Source of the DNA: an uncultured Lentisphaeria bacterium
GTDB lineage: Bacteria; Verrucomicrobiota; Lentisphaeria; JABSQK01; JAJFLO01
Length of the DNA stretch: 32,000 nucleotides
Direction of reading: 5' to 3'
Assembly: GCA_951812855.1 (NCBI GenBank)
Contig: OX638337.1
Span: forward strand, 750,001-782,000
Under the pieces are notes generated by a model. The model was not told the DNA's origin and did no database searches. It was given only the letters and a program-made list of their open reading frames with translations. Every line of letters starts with the position of its first letter. The stretch's first letter is position 1. Made by a program: the position numbers and the translations under genes. Positions 1 to 10,042 of this stretch are shown one piece after another.

Positions 1-3000
1 TTGCCGCATTTTCATTTCATCTAATTTTGGAGTTACACCACTTGAAGGAGTATTGATAATCCATTTTACATCTTTATCAGCAATAATATCTAAAATATTA
101 GGCTTTCCTTCTGAAATTTTTAGTATTGCCTGACTCTTAATATTATTTTTACTTAACAGAGTGCCGGTGCCTTTCGTTGCATATATAGAGAATCCCAGAT
201 CTATTAATCGTTTTGCCAGTGGAACGAGTAACTCTTTGTCCGAATCTCTTACACTCAAAAAGATATTACCTGATTCCGGAAGTTTATTTCCTGCAGCAAT
301 CTGGCTTTTAAAATAAGCAATTCCCTTTGAACAATCAGCACCCATTACTTCTCCAGTGGATTTCATCTCTGGAGATAAAACGATATCTGACCCTGGAAAT
401 CTTACAAAAGGAAATACGGCCTCTTTTACTGAATAATAGGATGGAACTATTTCTTTTGTATAACCCAGGTTTTTTAATCTATCCCCTGCCATTACCAATG
501 CTGCCAGCTTCGCAAGCGGTACTCCGATTGCTTTACACACAAAAGGAATTGTTCTGGATGCTCTGGGATTTACTTCAAGTATATAAACATGTTCCTCTTT
601 AACCGCAAATTGTACATTCATCAGACCGATAACATTCAATTCACGACATAAAGAGTAACAATGGCTTCGAATCGTGTCTTTTACACTTTCTGAAAGTGTC
701 GGTGCAGGAATGACACAGGCACTGTCACCAGAATGTACACCTGCAAATTCAATGTGCTCCATTATTGCACCAACGATATAGGTTTCACCATCAGAAATAC
801 AATCAACATCAACCTCAACCGCATTTTCTAAATACCGGTCAATCAGAACAGGCCGCTCCTCTGAGATTGAAACCGCTTCGTTCATATATTTCTCTAATAA
901 TTCCTCATTATACACAATGACCATTGCACGTCCACCTAAAACAAACGATGGTCGTACTAAAACAGGAAATCCAATTCGTTGAGCAATCTCTATTGCTTCC
1001 TCTGTTGTTGATGCCGTTCCATTTTCGGTTTGACTGATTCCAATTTTATCAGCTAATTTTTGGAAAAACTCCCTGTCTTCGGCAGCTTCAATACTCTTAG
1101 GGGATGTTCCCAGAATGTTCACTCCATTCTTTTCCAAATCCAGGGCCAAATTTAAAGGTGTCTGCCCCCCGAACTGCACAATTACTCCGTAACACTCTTC
1201 ATTTTCATAAATATGAAGAACATCTTCCAGGGTCAACGGTTCAAAATACAATTTATCACTTGTATCATAATCCGTACTCACGGTTTCCGGATTACTATTG
1301 ACCATAATCGTTTCAAATCCTGCGTCTCGAAGTGCAAATGATGCATGAACGCAACAATAATCAAATTCAATTCCCTGTCCTATTCGATTCGGGCCACCGC
1401 CTAAAATCATGACTTTTCTTTTATCACTAAGGCGAGACTGATCCTGATCTGCATAGGTTGAATAAAAATACGGTGTGTAAGCTTCAAATTCAGCGGCACA
1501 AGTATCAACCAGCGAATATACGGGAAATATTTTTAATGATTTTCGACATTGTCGAATCGAGTCTTCTTCAGCATTCAGGAGAAAGGCGATCTGCCGGTCT
1601 GAATAACCAAATTCTTTAGCCTGTTTTAATAGAGAATAATTATTGACTAACTCTTCCACATCTCCCACTGATGCTATTTCATCCTCAAAGAATGCCAATT
1701 CTTCCAGATGATAAAGGAACCATGGGTCAATTTTACATAGATCATGAATATGTTCAACAGTCCAGTTTCTTTTGAATCCTGCTCTTACAGCAAAAATTCT
1801 GAATGCATTCGGTCGAGATAAAAGCTTTCCAAGTTCGTTATCACTCATAGATTCAAACTCTTTATCTTTACCATCAGCACCAAAACCAAATCGCCCGATT
1901 TCAAGTGACCGCAACGCTTTCTGCAACGATTGTTTAAATGTCTTGCCAATACTCATTGTTTCTCCGACCGATTTCATTTGGGTTCCCAGTGTACTGTCTG
2001 TATCTGGAAATTTTTCAAAAGCAAATCGGGGAATCTTGGTAACAACATAATCAATAGTCGGTTCAAATGATGCCGGCGTTTCCCTGGTAATATCATTTTG
2101 AATTTCATCCAAGGTATATCCCACTGCTAATTTCGCAGCAAATTTTGCAATTGGAAATCCAGTTGCTTTAGAAGCAAGTGCACTTGATCGGGATACTCTG
2201 GGGTTCATTTCAATAACAACCATTCGTCCATTATCCGGATTAATCGCAAATTGGACATTTGAGCCTCCCGTATCCACTCCAATTTCACGCATAACCGCAA
2301 GGGAAGCATCTCTCATAATTTGATATTCTCTATCCGTTAATGTTTGAGCGGGGGCAACAGTAATGCTGTCACCAGTATGAACTCCCATTGGATCAAGATT
2401 TTCAATCGAACAAATGACAATGCAATTATCTTTTCCATCCCTCATGATTTCAAGCTCAAATTCTTTCCAGCCCAAAATACATTCTTCGATCAGAACCTCA
2501 GATATTGGGCTGCATCTCAACCCGCAGGATACAATTTCTTTAAATTCACGTTGATTATAAGCAATGCCCCCTCCAGCTCCGCCAAGAGTGAAACCCGGTC
2601 TGATAACTAAGGGAAAACCGCCAAGTTCTGCGACAACCCCTTCAGCTTCTGCTAATGTATGAACCGAATAGCTTCCAGGAACTTCCAGACCGATATTCTT
2701 CATGGCTTCTTTGAATAGTGATCGGTCTTCTGCCTTTTTAATTACATCTGGCCTGGCACCGATCATTTCGACATTAAATGATTCCAGAATCCCTTCCTGA
2801 TGAAGAGACATGGACAGATTAAGAGCAGTCTGCCCCCCGACCGTCGGTAAAATTGCATCAGGCTGTTCCTTGCGAATTATTTCGTGCAGTATGTCAAGAG
2901 ACAATGGCTCAATATAGGTAACATCAGCGAATTCTGGATCCGTCATAATCGTGGCCGGATTACTGTTAACCAGGACAATCTCGCAGCCTTCTTCCTTTAA

Positions 3001-3108
3001 GGATTTACAGGCCTGGGTTCCTGAATAGTCAAATTCACATGCCTGACCAATAATTATAGGTCCTGACCCTATTAACAGTATCTTGTGTATATCGTTTCGT
3101 TTTGGCAT
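1..3108 (-). CDS. carB: carbamoyl-phosphate synthase large subunit, partial (C-terminal ~30 aa lie beyond the left edge)
   Basis: Absent from the ORF track because no stop lies in the window. Reverse translation from ATG (3108..3106) gives [62 protein letters not shown]. The same strand at 1-400 reads ...[47 protein letters not shown]...ATKGTG (MGS-like C-terminal domain). Confidence 0.93.
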   Translation of the reverse strand, partial: MPKRNDIHKILLIGSGPIIIGQACEFDYSGTQACKSLKEEGCEIVLVNSNPATIMTDPEFADVTYIEPLSLDILHEIIRKEQPDAILPTVGGQTALNLSMSLHQEGILESFNVEMIGARPDVIKKAEDRSLFKEAMKNIGLEVPGSYSVHTLAEAEGVVAELGGFPLVIRPGFTLGGAGGGIAYNQREFKEIVSCGLRCSPISEVLIEECILGWKEFELEIMRDGKDNCIVICSIENLDPMGVHTGDSITVAPAQTLTDREYQIMRDASLAVMREIGVDTGGSNVQFAINPDNGRMVVIEMNPRVSRSSALASKATGFPIAKFAAKLAVGYTLDEIQNDITRETPASFEPTIDYVVTKIPRFAFEKFPDTDSTLGTQMKSVGETMSIGKTFKQSLQKALRSLEIGRFGFGADGKDKEFESMSDNELGKLLSRPNAFRIFAVRAGFKRNWTVEHIHDLCKIDPWFLYHLEELAFFEDEIASVGDVEELVNNYSLLKQAKEFGYSDRQIAFLLNAEEDSIRQCRKSLKIFPVYSLVDTCAAEFEAYTPYFYSTYADQDQSRLSDKRKVMILGGGPNRIGQGIEFDYCCVHASFALRDAGFETIMVNSNPETVSTDYDTSDKLYFEPLTLEDVLHIYENEECYGVIVQFGGQTPLNLALDLEKNGVNILGTSPKSIEAAEDREFFQKLADKIGISQTENGTASTTEEAIEIAQRIGFPVLVRPSFVLGGRAMVIVYNEELLEKYMNEAVSISEERPVLIDRYLENAVEVDVDCISDGETYIVGAIMEHIEFAGVHSGDSACVIPAPTLSESVKDTIRSHCYSLCRELNVIGLMNVQFAVKEEHVYILEVNPRASRTIPFVCKAIGVPLAKLAALVMAGDRLKNLGYTKEIVPSYYSVKEAVFPFVRFPGSDIVLSPEMKSTGEVMGADCSKGIAYFKSQIAAGNKLPESGNIFLSVRDSDKELLVPLAKRLIDLGFSIYATKGTGTLLSKNNIKSQAILKISEGKPNILDIIADKDVKWIINTPSSGVTPKLDEMKMRQ

Positions 3109-3196
3109 TGATTTATTAATTAAATTATTATTTATATCTATTTTAACTTAAAATGGTAAAGAGAAGGTCAGTTATTAAAAATCAAAAGCGACGTTT

Positions 3197-4609
3197 CTAT
3201 TCGCTGCTGCGTTCACAGGTCAATGCAGGCTTCACTGGATAATCACCCGAATAACATGCGTGACAGTAGTCCTCTGGAAGAGTATTTTTGACGCATGCAA
3301 GCATTCCTTCCAGGGAAAGATAAGCCAGACTGTCAACTCTTATTAATTTAGAGATTTCCTTAATACTATAATTATTTGCGATAAGTTCTTTTTTGCTGGG
3401 AAAATCTATTCCATAATAACACGGGCTGATATGAGGCGGTCCGCTAACCCTGAGATGAACCTCTTTGGCACCGCAGTTCAATAATGTTTTCACTCGCTCC
3501 CGACTTGTGTTTCCTCTGACGACACTATCTTCAATTAAGCAGATTTTTTTTCCTTTTATCGCTTCGTTTATTGGATTTAATTTTACTTTTACAGCAGAAA
3601 TCCGAGCCTCATGATTGGGTTGAATAAACGTCCGGCCAATATAATGATTTCTCATAATACCCATATCAAATGGTATTCCAGAAGCTTCTGCATATCCAAG
3701 AGCTGCATAAATTCCACCATCAGGTACCGGCATTACGACATCAGCATTAACAGGGGCTTCCTCAGCTAACTTCCGGCCAAATTCTTTCCTTATATGATAT
3801 ACATGTTCACCAAACACCCTGCTGTCAGGGCGGGCAAAATAAATTAATTCAAATATGCAATGTGCTTTTCTTGGTGCAAAATCAAAGTATGACGATTCTA
3901 TAGTTCCATCCTCCCGGGCAATAATAATTTCTCCCGGCTCCACGTCCCGTTCGTAAACAGCACCGATCATGTCAAACGCACTGGTCTCGGATGCAAAAAC
4001 CACAGCATCGCCCAGCTTCCCCATAGCTAAGGGACGAAACCCATACGGATCCCTTGCTGCGATCATACCTGCTTCACAGAGTGCGACAATAGAAAAAGCA
4101 CCTTCAATACTTTTTAATGCCGATTTTAAAGAATCCCACGGTTCAGTCCCTGTTTGATGATTTCTTGCAATAAGATGAAGAATAATTTCAGTATCGGTAT
4201 TCCCCTGAAGAATTGCCCCGCTTTGCTTCAATTGTTTTCGTAAAACTCCGCCATTTGAAAGATTACCATTATGTGCAAGTGATAAATTCCAGGTATCAAG
4301 TTCAACCATGAATGGCTGTGCATTAACTAATGACGACGATCCTGCAGTACTATATCGAACATGACCGATGGCCATTGATTGGGGCACATTCCACCATTCT
4401 CCTGGTAATTTTCGAAATACATCAGAGACTAATCCCATTCCTTTCTGTAATTCACATTTGCCATTGGTGTATAAACAAATTCCAGCACTCTCCTGACCGC
4501 GGTGCTGGAGTGCATATAAGCCGAGACGGGTTAATTCCGCGGCTTTTTTATGATTGGCAATTCCAAAAATACCACAATGATCTTTAATTCGACTCTCATT
4601 TTTAGACAT
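3197..4609 (-). CDS. purF: amidophosphoribosyltransferase (glutamine PRPP amidotransferase)
   Basis: 470-aa ORF. It has an N-terminal HCGIFGI Ntn-Cys motif, a PRTase-type acidic motif (ICLIEDSVVRGNT) and C-terminal cysteines typical of the Fe-S type PurF. Confidence 0.95.
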   Translation of the reverse strand: MSKNESRIKDHCGIFGIANHKKAAELTRLGLYALQHRGQESAGICLYTNGKCELQKGMGLVSDVFRKLPGEWWNVPQSMAIGHVRYSTAGSSSLVNAQPFMVELDTWNLSLAHNGNLSNGGVLRKQLKQSGAILQGNTDTEIILHLIARNHQTGTEPWDSLKSALKSIEGAFSIVALCEAGMIAARDPYGFRPLAMGKLGDAVVFASETSAFDMIGAVYERDVEPGEIIIAREDGTIESSYFDFAPRKAHCIFELIYFARPDSRVFGEHVYHIRKEFGRKLAEEAPVNADVVMPVPDGGIYAALGYAEASGIPFDMGIMRNHYIGRTFIQPNHEARISAVKVKLNPINEAIKGKKICLIEDSVVRGNTSRERVKTLLNCGAKEVHLRVSGPPHISPCYYGIDFPSKKELIANNYSIKEISKLIRVDSLAYLSLEGMLACVKNTLPEDYCHACYSGDYPVKPALTCERSSE

Positions 4610-4656
4610 AACTATAAATTGGTTTTAACATTTATTTGATTTCTTACTTATCATTG

Positions 4657-6282
4657 TTATTTCTGAAATTGTTTGGCAGCCTTAATAAATGATGCAAATA
4701 ATGGATGGGCATTTAACGGGGTTGATTGAAATTCAGGGTGAAACTGACAGGCAACAAACCAGGGATGATCTTTTATTTCAATAATTTCAACAAGATTATT
4801 GTCTGGTGATGTTCCTGAAAAGATTAATCCATTTTGTTCCATTTTACTTTTATAGTCATTATTGAATTCAAACCGATGCCGATGCCGTTCTGATATTTTG
4901 TCCTTCCCATATGCCGCATAAGAATGCGTATTCTTTTGAAGAGTACATGGATAAGCACCTAATCTCATCGTACCGCCTTTATTTTTTACACTCTCTTGCT
5001 TTTCCATTAAATGAACGACAGGATACTTCGTCGTTTTCTTAAACTCTTTGCTGTTTGCACTGGACAAATTACAAACGTTTCTGGCAAATTCTATGACAGC
5101 ACATTGCATTCCCAGGCATATACCGAAATATGGAATCGCATTTTCTCTGGCAAACCGCACCGCATTAATCTTTCCCTCTATTCCACGATCTCCAAAACCA
5201 CCCGGGACCAATATACCATCAACTCCCCCAAGTAAATTCTCTGCACCCTGATCTTCAATGTTTTCAGCTTCGACATGCCGAATTTTAACTTTAACGGAAT
5301 TTGCAATCCCGCCATGAATCAAGGCTTCATAAATGCTTTTATATGCATCCATAAGACTAATATATTTACCGATAACCGCAATCTCAATTTCACCATTCTC
5401 CGGGTTGATGTGAGATGCAACCATTTTTTTCCAATCCTCAATATCCAAAGAACAAACATGGAGATTCAACAATTCCAAAATGTATGTATCTAAATCTTGT
5501 TTTGCCAATTCTAAAGGAACTTCGTAAATGCTATGCTCTACATCTTGTTCTTCAAACACAAGTTCTCTACCTACATTGCAGAATAAAGCAAGTTTTTCCT
5601 TATGTTCTTTTGTGATTTTATGATCTGCTCGGCAAATCAATAAATCTGGTGTTATACCGATTTCCCTGAGTATACCGACAGATTGCTGAGATGGTTTTGT
5701 TTTTAGCTCACCGGCTGCCTTAATATAGGGAACCAGAGTCAAATGAATGAAAATGCCATTATCTCGTCCAATTTCATGCCGCATCTGACGAATAGCTTCC
5801 AGAAACGGTAATGATTCAATGTCCCCTGCGGTCCCCCCGATTTCTATAATCGCTATATCAGTTTCATCATCGGCGGTCAAAGAATTTATGCACTTCTTGA
5901 TCTCATCGGTTATATGCGGGATGACCTGAACTGTTTTACCAAGATATCCCCCTTCTCGTTCACGAGCGATTACAGAACGGTAAATTCTACCGGTTGTATA
6001 GTTACTTTCCAGTTGGCATGCAATATCGGTAAACCGTTCATAATGTCCCAAATCAAGATCCGTTTCAGCACCGTCTGCGGTCACATATACTTCTCCATGC
6101 TGATAGGGGGACATTGTCCCCGGATCAACATTGAGATACGGATCAAGTTTCTGCATGCGAACTCTGTAGCCTCTTCGAGACAATAAAAGAGCAATCGAAG
6201 CCGTTGTGATTCCTTTACCCAGGGATGAAACAACACCCCCGGTAACAAAGATATATTTAACGTGTGATTTTTTTCTGTGCAT
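4657..6282 (-). CDS. pyrG: CTP synthase
   Basis: 541-aa ORF with [15 protein letters not shown] near the N-terminus and a C-terminal GATase domain ([15 protein letters not shown]). Confidence 0.96.
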   Translation of the reverse strand: MHRKKSHVKYIFVTGGVVSSLGKGITTASIALLLSRRGYRVRMQKLDPYLNVDPGTMSPYQHGEVYVTADGAETDLDLGHYERFTDIACQLESNYTTGRIYRSVIAREREGGYLGKTVQVIPHITDEIKKCINSLTADDETDIAIIEIGGTAGDIESLPFLEAIRQMRHEIGRDNGIFIHLTLVPYIKAAGELKTKPSQQSVGILREIGITPDLLICRADHKITKEHKEKLALFCNVGRELVFEEQDVEHSIYEVPLELAKQDLDTYILELLNLHVCSLDIEDWKKMVASHINPENGEIEIAVIGKYISLMDAYKSIYEALIHGGIANSVKVKIRHVEAENIEDQGAENLLGGVDGILVPGGFGDRGIEGKINAVRFARENAIPYFGICLGMQCAVIEFARNVCNLSSANSKEFKKTTKYPVVHLMEKQESVKNKGGTMRLGAYPCTLQKNTHSYAAYGKDKISERHRHRFEFNNDYKSKMEQNGLIFSGTSPDNNLVEIIEIKDHPWFVACQFHPEFQSTPLNAHPLFASFIKAAKQFQK

Positions 6283-6283
6283 A

Positions 6284-6823
6284 TCAGCGAATAATCTTTA
6301 AGATTTTCTTAAAATCTTCCCCCCCGGCAATTCCCGACAATTCAAATAATATCATTTCTGTTGTCGTCAACTTTATGCCTTCCTGCATCATGCGCTTAAT
6401 TGCGAATTCCCGGTTTGAGTCTTTCCTTGCCGAAATGGCATCGGCAACGAGATGGACACCGTAACCATTTTTCATAAGGTCTATTGCAGATTGATATACA
6501 CATACATGGGCTTCAATCCCTGCGAGGATAATATTCTTATAGTTACCTGAATTTATTTCGTTTATGAAAGCAGGCTCTTTCCAGCAACTGAAACTGTGTT
6601 TTGAAATCGATGTTGCATTATGCAGCCCCGTCGTAATATCAGCAACTGTTCTGCCTAGTTTTTCTGGATATTGCTCAGTTAAAATTATTGGCATTTTTAA
6701 TGCTGTTATTCCACTTAGGAGACGACCCAGATTATCAATTAACGCCTGCTGTCGGCTCATTGCTGTAATCAATCTCTCCTGAACATCAACAATTACCAAA
6801 ACTGAATTATTTTTTGTCAGCAT
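6284..6823 (-). CDS. isochorismatase-family hydrolase
   Basis: 179-aa ORF with VLVIVDVQ near the N-terminus and a GIEAHVCV catalytic-Cys region. Its stop lies 1 nt from the pyrG start, so it is probably co-transcribed with pyrG-purF-carB. Confidence 0.85.
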   Translation of the reverse strand: MLTKNNSVLVIVDVQERLITAMSRQQALIDNLGRLLSGITALKMPIILTEQYPEKLGRTVADITTGLHNATSISKHSFSCWKEPAFINEINSGNYKNIILAGIEAHVCVYQSAIDLMKNGYGVHLVADAISARKDSNREFAIKRMMQEGIKLTTTEMILFELSGIAGGEDFKKILKIIR

Positions 6824-7190
6824 CTGAATATGTAAAAAGTTAAGGATAGCCTGAAGTTTATAATTGTAAAGTTACAACCCCGGAGAAATAAAAATGTCTA
6901 AAACATATACTCATGAAAATAAAAGAGGAGAACACAAGGTATAATAAATAATATTTGTGAAAATTGTAACTGTACTGGACGGTCATAAATATTTTCACTT
7001 CTCTTGCTTTTTTTGCCAATATTTTTCCCAATAATTGTAAGAAACGCTGTTATCCTGACGTAATTGTTTCTGGAAACAATTCGTTACATAATACTATTTT
7101 AATCAGGGGAGCTTCAGCAGTGTATCGAGTCATCTTAATATAATTTGAGTATTTTCCCATAACTTTTTAACTAAAAACAGAGCTGAATTA

Positions 7191-7897
7191 ATGTATACCC
7201 TTTCAGACAGCATAGGGTTTTACATGAAAGATATTGGAAACATTCCCCTGGTCAATACTCAAGAAGAAGTTGAGTTGGCGACTTCAATCCGCGATGGATC
7301 TGAAGAGGCTGGACTTAGGTTAATTATATCTAATTTGAGATTAGCAGTAAAGATTGCACATGATTTTAAGAGTCTGGGCTTGCCTCCGGAAGATTTAATT
7401 TATGAAGGAAATATCGGACTTATGAGAACCGTCGAAGAGTTCGATCCACAAAAAGGTGCCAAATTCAGCAACTGTACAGTTTGGTGGATAAAGCAAGCAA
7501 TGCGACGCACCCTTCTCGAAAAAGTAAGCCCGTCGGTATACCGGTTACTTCCGCTGGCAAAATTAATACGATAAAGTCAATCCGATCTCGGTTAACGAGT
7601 AAACCTGGCAGAGATCCAACAGACAAAGAAATCGCCTGCCAACCGGCTCTAAGTGTTCGGGTTTTTTCCAGATTAAAACGTGCTGATTTAAAACCGTTTC
7701 ATTACAAAATCCAATGACAGAGGATAAAGAAGGATGGTTCTCCGACGAAGACATTAGAAGATGTAAGCAAAACCATCGGCCGGACTCGTGAGCACGTTCG
7801 ACAGATTCAAAACAAGGCCCTTCAAAAAATGAAAAATCTGATCAATAGTGATTGTGCAGTTGAAAAACTAAATACTAAAAAGTCAATACTTAACTAA
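7191..7897 (+). pseudogene. sigma-70 family sigma factor, decayed (three frame changes, region 3.2-4.1 deleted)
   Basis: Region 2 (FSNCTVWWIKQAMRR) is in frame 0 up to ~7520. Region 3 (SKPVGIPVTSAGKINTIKSIRSRLTSKPGRDPTDKEIA) is in frame 2. TVSLQNPMTEDKEGWFSDEDI is in frame 1. Region 4.2 (TLEDVSKTIGRTREHVRQIQNKALQKMKN) is back in frame 2 and ends at TAA 7895-7897. Confidence 0.8.
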
Positions 7898-8041
7898 AAC
7901 AGCACCCTGGTCCTGAAAAATCACCTTATTTATGGATTATTTTGTGTGAATTTGATCCTTATATAATTATCTTATGCTTGATATAGTTCCAAACAGGATC
8001 ATAGAGCAATAGGAAAAAGGATTGCAATATCAGAAAATATT

Positions 8042-8593
8042 TTATCTCTGCTTACTGCCTGTTATTTCATCATCAAGAAACACTCGACTGCCGACCGTTT
8101 TATCCTGCTTTTGATATTTCCCTCGGTAGGGTGACTTGGTTTCTTGATCCATTTTGCAAAAAACCAGCTGACAGACCCGCCGACCTGACTGCAGCTTGAT
8201 AGGCAGTGAATTTGCATTATAAAGCTCCAAGGTTATATACCCCTCAAAACCCGGATCAACCCAACCCGCATTCTGGATAAAAAGACCAATCCTGCCAATT
8301 GAACTGCGGCCTTCAACAAAGGCAGTTAAAAAATTCGGCAATTTTATATATTCATGAGTCGTTGCCAGTAAAAAAGAATGTGGAGGAATTATTATGGAAT
8401 CACTTTCAATATCTCGATATTTTATTTCACTGTCTAACGTCAGACAATCCATCGAATTATCTTCTATTACCAGATAATGAGTACCCAATCGACAGTCAAT
8501 TGATGCCGGCTGAATCGAATTCTCTCCGATTGGGCCAACAGTCAATTCACCACTGGCAATAAGTTGTTTTAATGTACTGTCCGAAAGTATCAT
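8042..8593 (-). CDS. dcd: dCTP deaminase
   Basis: 183-aa ORF starting MILSDSTLKQLIASGEL, with GRSSIGRIGLFIQNAGWVDPGFEGYITLEL typical of Dcd. Confidence 0.93.
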   Translation of the reverse strand: MILSDSTLKQLIASGELTVGPIGENSIQPASIDCRLGTHYLVIEDNSMDCLTLDSEIKYRDIESDSIIIPPHSFLLATTHEYIKLPNFLTAFVEGRSSIGRIGLFIQNAGWVDPGFEGYITLELYNANSLPIKLQSGRRVCQLVFCKMDQETKSPYRGKYQKQDKTVGSRVFLDDEITGSKQR

Positions 8594-8650
8594 CAGTATT
8601 TGATTCTCCTGTTAATTTAAGTCGGGCATTAAGGGAATTAACTCAGCGGC

Positions 8651-9175
8651 TTAATTGAATGATATGATCCCGGATAGAAACCAATGACTCTTCACAATTA
8701 CAGGAATATGATTTAGAAAATCAATTGTACTGCTGTCTGGTTCCAACCCAATAATATTGCCTGCTTCAATTTGGAAAATACTTATACCTTCCTTTTTGCA
8801 TTTCCCATTGAGCAACTGTGCCGTCAAGTCGCCAACCTGAATCAATGCCGCTAAATGAAGTCCCAATCCATTTTCGTCATTCCCGGTAATATCAGACAAA
8901 TGATGATTAAATGCAATACATTGATGAATTTCAATGGTCAAATTCCATGATGTTGCAATTAAACCTCCAACCCTTTCGTGAAATGAAGAAAAAAGACCCG
9001 ATAGAGAGTCTTTTGTTATTTCCTGATCATCATTTATCTTGTTTTGACATGAGACTGTCAGCTCTCTTAAAATTGCCAATTTCCCGATATCATGAAGCAG
9101 ACCGGCCATATAAGCATTATCTGGATTCGGATAATAACATTGACTCAGCCCGCATGTTGGAGCACCGATTGTAAT
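8651..9175 (-). pseudogene. HDOD-domain protein remnant (N-terminal ~90-100 aa of the domain missing)
   Basis: The ORF contains AGLLHDIGKLAIL plus the distal HDOD helices. The frame stays open upstream of the ATG at 9109 (ITIGAPTCGLSQCYYPNPDNAY) only as far as an in-frame TAA at ~9176-9178. Beyond that is AT-rich non-coding DNA. Confidence 0.6.
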
Positions 9176-9393
9176 TTAAGATTTTTGATCCTTTGTAGAA
9201 TTTATTGATGTTATTTTTCTTTTCCGGAATCAAATCACGTCTTTTTTTCATTATTTTTACACACTCCCCTTACCCCCAATCGGTTTGTATAATATGTTTT
9301 TATTTGAAATCTGTTATTTATAACACATTATATCTCGTTTTAATCGTAACATTTTTATTCTATGAGGTAGAAACGTTCTCTTAGTTATCATGG

Positions 9394-9597
9394 ATGTTTA
9401 TGTCAATTGTAATTCCAGTTGTTGAAAGGGTTTTTGCATCAAGAGATAAGAACGATTTAATGATTGGCCGCAGAAGAGTTTCTATATTTGATTTACACGA
9501 TGACGAGCTGGCACACTTTAATAAAAATACGGGAGAATTAGAAATTAGCCAATATGTTCGTAGCAAATTGGCAGAATTGAAGGAAGCCAGACTTTGA
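9394..9597 (+). CDS. small ribbon-helix-helix (CopG/MobC-like) protein, putative; real start may be the internal Met at 9460
   Basis: RRRVSIFDLHDDELAHFNKNTGELEISQYVRSKLAEL fits a beta-strand/helix/helix RHH pattern. No convincing SD precedes 9394. Confidence 0.4.
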   Translation: MFMSIVIPVVERVFASRDKNDLMIGRRRVSIFDLHDDELAHFNKNTGELEISQYVRSKLAELKEARL

Positions 9598-9814
9598 ATA
9601 TGGTGAAAAAATAACGGAAGACTCAAAAAAAAACTAAAACCTTTCTTGAGAACAAAAATATACTGTGAGAACAGATTTGTTTTATATAATGACGATTGGA
9701 TAACCACAGATGAACTCAAAAAAAAAAATTCAGTTAATGCCGGCCGAACAAAATCGTCTTGACGCTGAGCAGCAAGAGACTGAACAAAACCCATTAATAA
9801 GGAAGAAGAATCCG

Positions 9815-10042
9815 ATGATGATCAAGCAGCACTCTGGGATTGGTGATTTGCCGATTTCGAAGGAACTCTTAGATATATTAGCATGCCCTGCCTGTGATGA
9901 AAAGCCTCCGGTTACATTATCCGAAGACCTTCAGTTTCTCATATGTAGTAAATGTGCTAAAAAGTATCCTGTCAAAAATGGTATTCCAGTTATGTTGGTG
10001 GAGGAAGCCGTAGATGCTGTCCATACCCGGAGGATACTCTAG
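9815..10042 (+). CDS. Trm112/YcaR-family small zinc-ribbon protein (UPF0434)
   Basis: LLDILACPACDEKP...LICSKCAKKYPVKNGIPVMLVEEA. The track ORF starts at 9710, but the family is ~60-75 aa, so the ATG-ATG at 9815 is the likelier start. The stop TAG abuts the ATG of the next gene. Confidence 0.8.
   Translation: MMIKQHSGIGDLPISKELLDILACPACDEKPPVTLSEDLQFLICSKCAKKYPVKNGIPVMLVEEAVDAVHTRRIL

Noticed and set aside
327-2610. Plus-strand ORFs of 65-92 aa listed in the track (327-602, 1104-1301, 1772-2050, 2344-2610)
   Set aside because: All lie antisense to the continuous carB reading frame and have low-complexity, motif-free translations. They are shadow ORFs.
9381-9794. 137-aa minus-strand ORF
   Set aside because: It is a Ser/Leu/Phe-rich low-complexity translation, antisense to the RHH ORF and the Trm112 upstream region, with no SD or motif.
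9710-9814. N-terminal 35-aa extension of the Trm112-like ORF (MNSKKKIQLMPAEQNRLDAEQQETEQNPLIRKKNP)
   Set aside because: The family is ~60-75 aa. The extension is low-complexity and unconserved-looking, and the ATG-ATG at 9815 gives the expected length.
9998-10007. GTGGAGGAAG at the left island border versus GTGGAGGCAG (13846-13855) at the right border, as possible target-site duplication or att cores
   Set aside because: Only 9/10 nt match. I estimate such a match within +/-50 nt of both borders is not improbable by chance, and no recombinase is present to support it.
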